Shown: positions 36,748 to 64,000 of the stretch, one piece after another
How positions within the stretch are numbered: the first letter of the stretch is position 1
Layout: every line of letters begins with the position of its first letter
Made by a program: the position numbers and the translations under genes
The notes under the pieces: generated by a model
Told to the model about the DNA's origin: nothing
What the model saw: only the letters and a program-made list of their open reading frames with translations
Databases searched by the model: none
Origin: Malacoraja senta
Lineage: Eukaryota
NCBI GenBank assembly: GCA_038087875.1
Contig: CM075988.1
Span: 13,206,001-13,270,000, forward strand
Length of the DNA stretch: 64,000 nucleotides
Direction: 5' to 3'

Positions 36748-39219
36748 TGATCTTTAACTGGATAGCACGCAAACAAAAGCTTTTTACTGTACCTTGGTAC
36801 ACGTGACAATAATCAACTATACTTCTTCTTCTTATCGAGTCCACACGTAAGATTAGAAGTTGTTCAGCCAGAGCTGATCACACTTCTCGGCATCTGCATA
36901 CAATGGTGCCTGTCTTGCGTTTCTTGTGCTTTTTGTGCATGGTGGTGGAAAGATTGCTGAAAACAGGGCCGCAACGTGAACGCTCTTTCCTTGACCCCCA
37001 TCAACTATACTAAAAACTAAACTAAAACCCTTTTAATTTGGGACACATTTACCATGGGAAACATTCATTGTCTATCTGTGGTACATATTATTTTATCTAC
37101 TTCTATCATGTCATCTCTCAGCGTCCTTTTATCGACTATTGAGGTCAAAATGATCTATCCTCAGTAAAAAAAAGTATACAATCCTAAACAAAACCTGTGG
37201 TCAAATATCACCACAAGGTTCCATGTGGCCTTATTTGGTTTAGGTCTTTGGCTCAGGTGACAAATTGAACCAATAGATAGGAAACATTGTTTATGGTAAG
37301 ACAGTGTCTAATATTCTATAGTTGTAGAAATTTCTGTATATTCAGTGCTAGAGACCAGGAAGTGTAAGAGCTTGGAAAACAGTAGCAAGGTCAAAAGAGA
37401 TGTTGGTGAATTGGAGCTCAAAATCAAAATAATTTGTTTGGAAACTGACAATCTTTTCTCAGACATTGCCTCCAAGTAGCAACATATAAATGAAATGATA
37501 ACTGTTGTCAGAGCCTAAATTTTGCTTCCTCATATTAGTGTTACTTTTGTTCATATTCATTTTCATTCATATTTTTGTAGAGATGGTCAAAACATTTGCA
37601 GGAGTCATGTTATATTATTTTGCTGCCTGAAAAATAACTTTTATATTATAAATGAAAATAATAACGGTGACCAGATTGTATCAGATTTGCATGAAATAAA
37701 GACGTTATGGTAAATTCCACTTAGTCTCTACTTGCTTTTGATCTTTACCGCTGACGGAGACCTAGTTTAACATCAGCATAAATTTATCCAGCAAGCAGTC
37801 TCTTGCTATCTGCTCGATTTGATACTTTGCTACAGATAACTTTCAGCCCACTGGCTTGATCGTTATCTGTACGCAAATGTTGTTTAATTCATATTTTTTT
37901 ATGATTCATGTCTTTATTGTCAGTGTTCAAATGTCAGGCATTAAAACCCCGTCAGATTTTCTGACCTTTAAGAGAATATTTTATAAACTAGTTTCATTAG
38001 TTCCACAGAAGACACACTTTAAAACTTTTTGATTCTATAAAGTTTAGTTTAGATCTTATCTCTCTCTTATTACTTGCAAACATTTCTATCACCATAAATG
38101 GTATTGCAGAAAATTGAGCTCATTAAAGTAGGTGGTCTCAATTCGGTACAAGGATTGAACGAGGAAGAGCAATGTAATTTTCTTCTCAAAGGCCAATGGA
38201 AATCTAAAAATCTCACGAGAGTCTCTTGTTGGTGTGGATTGATAACTTTCAAGGTGAAGGCATAAACAAATAACCCAATGAATGCGATTTAGAAGCGGAT
38301 CTGCCGCTATCAGTATATACAAGAACCTGACTGGAGGCCATCTGTGAAATTATTTACATTGCAGTAGGTTTGCAATTCAACAAGTTTGCCACCAAATTTG
38401 ATCCCTGCTTTTCAATGTAAAATATAAAATCATCGCAATGAAAAGCTTTCAATTCCCTCGGTTTCCTGCACGAGCGATAAATGAGCACATTGTGATGAAG
38501 CAGATACTGTAAGTAACGTGTAATCCAGAACACAGGATGTGGTGCAATTTTACAGATGCAGGAAATGTTGGTTATTCCGAAGCACAAGTAACTACATTAT
38601 GAATTGTGCCTTGACCGGATGGCACCACCTGGAATTTAAAATATTTTGTATTCATGCTCAGCTGAGCCGATGTTTGCATTACATAACTGTCAACTGTGCA
38701 GCAAATAACTTGAGTCTTTCTTCAGTTTGCAATGTGCTCTACTGAATCGCATGATGGTTCAGCCCTTAACTGGATGCTCCCCCTTGTATAACACAGGTCG
38801 GTTTCCTGTATTCTGCTCAGTTACTTGGTGCTACTCATTGTGAGAGTGCAGTACTCTCTTATTTCATACCTCCATGTGGCATAGAAGGAGGCCATCTGGC
38901 CCAATGTGTGGGCTGACAGAGGATTCCCATCAGTCGACTTACTTTCAACAACGAACAACCCCCGATACTGTTCATCCTGGCTAAATTGCACCAGCTAGGA
39001 CTTCAAAATGGGGTTAAGTTTCAGGGTTGCTGGGAGATTTGGTCAAATTGGAATTACTCTCTGCAGAGCTGGGACAAGCTGCGGAGAGGTGTGTGTGTCT
39101 GGAGCTTAGATACAATTTGCAAGCAAAGAATGGGAAGCTCTGCAAACCCGTTCAATCTGGTGTAAAATGCATAGAACGGATTGAATGGCTGCAAACCAGA
39201 CATACACCTTGAAAATAGT

Positions 39220-39732
39220 TGTAAATAATGTTGCAGAGTTTGACTTTGCTAAGTGTTGATTGGATGAGGTGTTGAGCCTTGTCTGAGTTTCCTGTTAATC
39301 AGGGTAAATGTTTCCAAGTTGACTTCTCTCGAAGTCCGTTGTGAATGCAATGTATCGAACTGTTGTATTATTGGGTTAGGGAAATGCCTGTTATGTATGG
39401 GGTTATTCAATATCTGTAATTGGGTGATTAAGAGACCACCCCCATGTGGTTTGGCCCCTCGAGGTCCCGGGACATATAAAAGTCTGTGATCACAAGGCTC
39501 AGGGTCGATCTTTTGGAAGAGCGCCAGGGACTGCGTAACCATCTGGAGTGCCTCTGTCTGAGTGAGGCCTAGAGGGCTTGAACAGGCAAACGCGAGGATC
39601 GAACCCGCGGTGGGTTCAGTGTGCGATCTGTGACGCGCTTTTGGTAAAATAAAATTTAGTTGTTTCAAGTGCTTGATTTAGTGTTTTTACTGAAACTAGA
39701 CTGGGGGGAAGCTTAAAAACGAGCAATTATCA
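39220..39732 (+). mobile_element. Solo LTR
   Basis: TG...CA termini; 5-bp flanks ATAGT/ATACT; TATAAAA near 39476; AATAAA near 39650. Confidence 0.65.
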
Positions 39733-39849
39733 ATACTTCCACAACCACTTCTACTTGGGGGCAAATCACAAATGTCAATGAATCCACTAACCCGCAGATC
39801 TTTGGTGTGTGAGAGGAAACCTGTGCAGTATCAAGGGGGAATCTAGATT

Positions 39850-40085
39850 AAGATGTAGAAACAAAGAGCTGCAGATGTTGGTTTATGCCAAAGATGCTGG
39901 AGCAACTCAGCAGGTCAGGCAGCATCTCTGGAGAAAAAGGATGGGTGATGTTTCGGGTTAGGCCCATTCTTCAGACTCCGTCTTCAGCATCTGAAGAAGG
40001 GTCCCAACCCGAAACATCACCCATCCTTTTTCTCCAGAGATGTTACCTGACCCACTGAGGTACTCCAGCCCTTTGTGTCTATCAT
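39850..40085. mobile_element. Fold-back Penelope-end element with two divergent hammerhead-like cores
   Basis: ttcttcagact...ctgaagaagggtcccaacccgaaacatc. Confidence 0.7.
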
Positions 40086-41039
40086 AAGCATAGCATAGCA
40101 TTATAGAGCATGGAAACAGCCCTTTCAACAATTTATCTATCCTCACCAACCTGCTTATTTATGCTAATCCAATTTGCCTGTTTTTGGCCCATATCTCTCT
40201 AATCCTGTCCTATCCATGTATCTGTCCAACTGTCCTGTAAATGATGTTATTGTACTTGTTTCCAGCATCTCCACAAACTCTACACAGACTGTGCATAAGA
40301 TCAGGATTGAATCCAGGTAACTAGATCTGTAATTTCAGTCAATGGTGCAGTAAAGACTTGAGGAAAAGGATCCAAGATAACATCCAAGCCTGGCGACTCT
40401 TTGTGTGCTGGTCACAGAAGTGGATCTGCAATCACGCATTATAAAACTTACATAAAATTAATGCCATTCAGGGCTGGTCGCTGAAAAAATTGCCAGGTGT
40501 CTAAGTCTTATTTAGAAACAGTGAGAAACCATACATCAACTGAAGTTGGCGGTGTCAGGAAAAGAAGAGAAATCTGACACCTAGTGAAAGGTGTCATCTT
40601 GACTTTTCACACATTGTGGAAACTTGGCTTCAATAAGTGGGTATTTTCTATAAATAAACCATTTATTTTGAAGCCAGTATTACATGTAAAACTGATGTGC
40701 ACCCCAAACTGTGAGATTGCAATTATTTACCTGTATGTTTCTCACCCATGTATGGTTCATGTCAGTCCATACAGGCACCCATGCAAATATTAATTTGCAC
40801 AACTCATTAAGGCTATCCTTAACACCAGGGCAAGGAAAAGCCAGCAAAGTCCGGTCAAGGATAGTCAGAAGGACATCAAAGAGGTAGATAGTTCAGCACT
40901 GCTCTCTGGTTGTGGTAGGATGACTCAGTTGCCTGATAACAGCTGGGAAGAAACTGTTCCTGAATCTGGTGGCGTGCGTTTTCACACTTCTATACCTTTT
41001 GCTTGACGGGAGAGGGGAGAAGAAGGAGTGGTCTGGTTG

Positions 41040-41840
41040 CGACTCGTCCTGATTAGTTCTGCTGTTGCTCCTCCTACCCCCAAATCCAAGGATAGACTTC
41101 CCCTGGTCGTTCCCTTTCACCCCACCAGCCTCCACATCCAACATATCATTCTCCGACATTTACACCACCTGCAACCTGATCCTGCCACCAGTCACATATT
41201 CCCATTCCTGATCCTGCTGCCTTCCGCAGAGACCACCCCCTCTTGCATCTCCTTGGTTCACGAATCGCTTCCCACCTAAAGCACCCCCTCCCCAGGTATT
41301 TCCCCCTTCAACCGCAAGAGATGTTCCTATGTGCCTGAGATGTATCTGTGCCACTAACTCCTCCCTCACATCCGTCCAGGGACCCCAACAGTCCTTCTAG
41401 ATAAGACAGAGATCAATGTGCACCTTCTCTAACTTTATTTACTGCATTTGGTGTTCCCAATGTGACTTCCTATACATTGGCGAGACGAAGCATAGATTCG
41501 GTGACTGGGTCGCCAAATACTTGGGTCTGCCTGATGGATCTCCCATTTGTTAACCATTTTAACTCCTCTTCCAATTCCCCATACTAACCTATGTCTCCTC
41601 CACTGGCAGGGTGAGGCCACACCCAACTGGAGGAACAACACCTCAGTTTCCACTTGGATAGCTTACAACAACAATATGAACATTGAATTCTCCAATTTCA
41701 AGTAATTAACCTACATACAATTCCCCCTCCCCCCCCCCCCCCCACACACTTTTATCGCCCTATCTTTCGTGTGTCATATCTGAATTAGAACCCATTTCTC
41801 CTGTTCCCATCCCCTTCCACCTACAATATATTCCTTCCAC
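41040..41840 (+). mobile_element. Decayed Penelope-like fragment
   Basis: KDRLPLVVPFHP...IQHIILRH similar to the 32905-33987 ORF. Confidence 0.75.
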
Positions 41841-43019
41841 AGCCTTCATAATTCACACCTCTTCAAATTTAGTTAAATTTAGTTTATTATCACGTTTAGG
41901 CTAATTAACCTACATGTCTTTCTGATGTGGAAGGAAAGCAAACCACCCAGAGGAAATCCACACAGTCATAGAGGGAACATGCAAACTCCACACCAATAGC
42001 ACCCGAGGTCAGGATCGAGCCCGGGTCTCTGGTGCTGTGGGGCAGCAGATCTACCAGCTCTGCCATCCACCTTTTTTTTATTTTTTCAATATTTATAATG
42101 AATTTATAGCCAGGTGGATGCCCAATTGATACCAAATCCCAACCCCTAAACTTACAGCACAGAAACCTACAATGTAATGAGGTGCTTAGTTCATGATCGT
42201 CAACAGTAACCTCCTCCCATTGCCCTAGTTCAGATATTAAGCACAATGCAGCAAGTGAGAGGCTCAGACTAAAGTGTTGAAAAGTAGCCATTTGGAAACC
42301 AATGGAATAGCAAGTCTCCAGCTATGGTGTAAAGAGTTTGATAAATGTTTTGTTTAGGAAAGAACTGCAGATGCTGGTTTATACTGATGGTAGACACGAA
42401 AAGCTGGAGTAACTCAGTGGGTTAGGAGGCATCTCTGGAGAAAAGGAATGGGTGATGTTTCTGGTCAGAATCCTTCTTCAGACTGAATAATGGAAGTGCT
42501 GGAAGGGGTAAACTGGAGGCTAGAAAATGCCAGAACAAATCAGGACTGACAACAGATGACCTCACGAAGGGTGGAGTCCATAATAGCCCATTGTTGGCTG
42601 GGGAAGATGCGCTAATGAGAGGGATACAAAGATGCGAACAGTTGAAAAGCGAGGTCAACTAGAGAGGGGAGGTGAGGGCATGCGGGTGTTTCTTGAATTG
42701 TTGTTATGTCCAATACAGTATATGTGGTGATGTGCATCAGATCCCTTCAGCATACACTTGGCAGTTTTCTTCTGTTTGACTTGTAATGCAGCCCATGTGG
42801 GCATCTCAAACACTACCCAATTCTCCTTCCCTTGTTTTGACAGAGCACTTCATGTAAACAAAAGCATGTTGTGGATCTTGTTGGTCATATCCATCCTTTC
42901 TGTGGCTTTACAGGCTCCCGTTTCATCTTGGTAAGCTCTTTCCATTATTGATGTTGTTTCTCAAGTTTTCTTTATTTCCAACTAGAATACAGCACAGCAA
43001 AGTATACGATCATTCACTT

Positions 43020-43760
43020 TAGGTGAAGGAATAAAGGCATAGACTATTTTCTAAATGGGGAGACGATTGAGAAATCGAAGGTGCAAAGGGATTTGGGAGT
43101 GCTGGTGCAGGATCCCCAAAAGATTAATTTGCAAGTTAAATCAGTAGTAAGGAAAACAAAAACGATGTTAGCATTCATTTAAAGAGGACAGGAATATGAA
43201 AGCATGAAAGTAATGCTGAGGCTTTGTAAGGTGCTGGTCAGACCACATTTCTAATTTTGTAAGCAGTTTTGAATCCCATATCTGAGGAGGGATGTGCTGG
43301 TATTGCAGAGGGCCCAGAAGATGTTTATGTGAATGATCCTGGGGATGATTGAGTTAATATACAAAGAGTGTTTGATGGCTCTGGGCCTGTACTCACTGGC
43401 GTTTAGAAGAAAGAGGAGGATTTCAATGAAATCTACTGGATAATGAAGTGGACATGAAAAGGATGTTTCCAGTAATGGGAGAGTCTAGAACTAGAGAGCA
43501 CAGCCCTAGAACAAAAGGATGTACCATTAGAAAGGAGATGAGGAGGAATTAATTTAGTCAGAGGATGATGAATCTGTGGAATTCATTGGCACTGATGGCT
43601 GTGGAGGCCAAGTCATTAGGTATTTTCAAACCAGGGGTTGTTGATGAACAGTAACATCAAAGGTTACGTGGAGAAAGAGAATAGGAATGAGAGGGAGAGA
43701 TAGATCAGCCATGATGGAATGACAGAGCAGACTCAATGGGATGAATGACCTCATTCTACT
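43020..43760 (+). mobile_element. Decayed CR1 LINE 3' portion
   Basis: RT C-terminal and 3' UTR similarity. Confidence 0.75.
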
Positions 43761-44815
43761 CCTATATCTTGTGATAGGCACACTGAGACCAAAGTGCCAC
43801 ACATCACGTGACAATCTCTCAGGAATATTTGAGAAATGAAAGTACAGTCGTGTCATTGAAGTTTTAGATTTTGATCCCAGCATCTGGAGAAATTTGTCTC
43901 CAAACTTGACTGAGTTTTATGGACGAATCTTGTACCTACAGCTTTTGCCTAGATTCTATGGAAGTTGTGTCTGCCTGCAAGAATCATTCTAACCAGTCAC
44001 CTTTCAGCAAACAGGAATAATTGCTAGGACGCTTGTAGTCAATGATTGAAACTTCACTGATGATCTAATGGAATGATACAAGACACAAGTTACATATTAG
44101 TTGTGACTATCCAATGTAGTATGTTGCATTGTAAACATTTAACTTGTTTTTTATTAATCTATTCTTGGCCATTTGCGAAATTGAAAGAAAATTCTTTCTA
44201 TTAGAGATTCACACTATGGAAATTGATGCTTATCTCAAAACCAGGCAGATGTGTCACATTAAAGGTGTTGGTTAGTGAAGGTGGTCACCTTGCTAACCTC
44301 AAAATCATCAGCACATCCTCACTGTGAGCCAACAAGTCAATCTGTTAACCTCATTCTTTTTTTCAATAACATCTACACAAAATAAGAAGAGAAATAACAA
44401 GAAAGCTATTAACTCAGGCCTTGTCGATAAAATTAAGGGATGGAAGCGTTAGTGTAGGGGGCATTTCCTGGATTTTGTAGAGCTTGTCACGGCTCAGGAG
44501 AACATGTGTTACCACACTTTTAGGTACTGCTATGTACATATTATTACAATTGCAGGTTCTGAAGCAACTAGCTTCACTTGCATCATGGGAAGAGGAAAGC
44601 ACAGGAGTCTGTGTGACTTTAATTGATGGGGGAGGGACGGTCGCTGAGTTTAATTTTTGCGGCACTCTCCGCGGTCTTGGCATTTGTTCACACAATGCCC
44701 AGCCCAGATCTGCCCACATCAACCCAGCCCAGATATCATGAACTCCGAACAAACTATATTAACAATGCTTTCTTGTTTTGTGTCTTTAGTCTGTGCCTTG
44801 CTTTTCTTCCGCTGA

Positions 44816-63214
<18,399 letters not shown>

Positions 63215-63674
63215 CTGTAAAGAAGATCAATGATATACAGTTTAGCTCAGTGCTGTAATGCACAATAAAAACTCCCCTGAAAAATATATTGCAACAGTGA
63301 GATTTGTGATTTGATGTGTAGTCTGTGATGAATTAATTAAACTCACATAGACCATCTAGTGATGACAACACAGCTGGCTGTACTGTTGTTTTGCAGCATC
63401 ATAAACTAGGCTCAAACCTAACTGTAGGCATTGCCTGTGTGGAGTGTGCAGGATTTCCCAATGACCACTCACAGAGCTCCGGTTTCCTCCCACACCCTCG
63501 AGATATGCAGGATTGGTGATTAGCCATGATCATTCCAAGCAATGTAGAATTTCATTGGCTAGTCCTCCAATGGGTTAATTAGCCAAGGCTAACTGTCCCT
63601 TGCCCCTCGTGTGTAAGCGAGTAGTAGAATCTATGGTGCGTTTAATAGAATGTAGGGAGAACTAAATGAGTTTA

Positions 63675-63895
63675 AGTGTAGGAAGGAACTGCAGATGCTG
63701 GTTTAAACCAGATAGATACAAAAAGCTGGATTAACTCAGCGGGTCAGGCAGCATCTCTGGAGAAAAGGAATAGGTGATGCTTCGGGTCAAGAACCTTCTT
63801 CAGACATGACGATTCTGAATGACCCGAAACATCACCTATTCCTTTTCTCCAGAAAGGCTGTCTGACCCGCTGAGTTACTCCAGCTTTCTGTGCCT
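63675..63895. mobile_element. Fold-back Penelope-end element
   Basis: Inverted arms gctggattaactcagcgggtcag / ctgacccgctgagttactccagc. Confidence 0.7.
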
Positions 63896-64000
63896 AAATG
63901 AGATTGATGTCAATTTAACATAAATGGGTCGTTGATAGTTGGTGCAGTGGGTTTCCGTGCTGGATGTTCTTGGAATCTCAGAATATCCAAAGTGTGAACT

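Noticed and set aside
44414-44752. 112-aa minus-strand ORF just downstream of the CBS stop
   Set aside because: It starts at TTG, has no good acceptor and no recognisable motif, and falls within the probable CBS 3' UTR (AATAAA near 44150-44155).

Overview
Vertebrate genomic DNA, very probably from an elasmobranch (inferred from HE1/V-SINE-like SINEs, CR1 LINE 3' ends and Penelope-like elements). There is a 200-N assembly gap at 23196-23395. Two convergent multi-exon genes can be rebuilt by hand with consistent splice phases. (1) Plus strand, 5491-29773: a 10-exon, non-rearranging immunoglobulin-superfamily receptor of about 488 aa (leader, V domain with J-like G strand, C1-like domain, C2/I domain, TM, tail with ITSM, ITIM and a distal ITSM-like motif). 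As assembled, exon 3 is 1 nt short (frameshift). (2) Minus strand, 63214-44816: 14 coding exons of a divergent cystathionine beta-synthase. Its PLP/catalytic core is intact, but heme-pocket, active-site-entrance and SAM-site residues are substituted; the first coding exon lies outside the window. The remainder is repeat-rich: CR1 and Rex1/Babar LINE fragments, V-SINEs, one decayed Penelope element, about 20 short Penelope-end elements (often fold-back) carrying minimal hammerhead-ribozyme motifs, hAT and Harbinger-like MITEs, and a solo LTR. Repeat boundaries are approximate; exon boundaries were counted by hand. Human residue numbers are recalled and should be confirmed by alignment.
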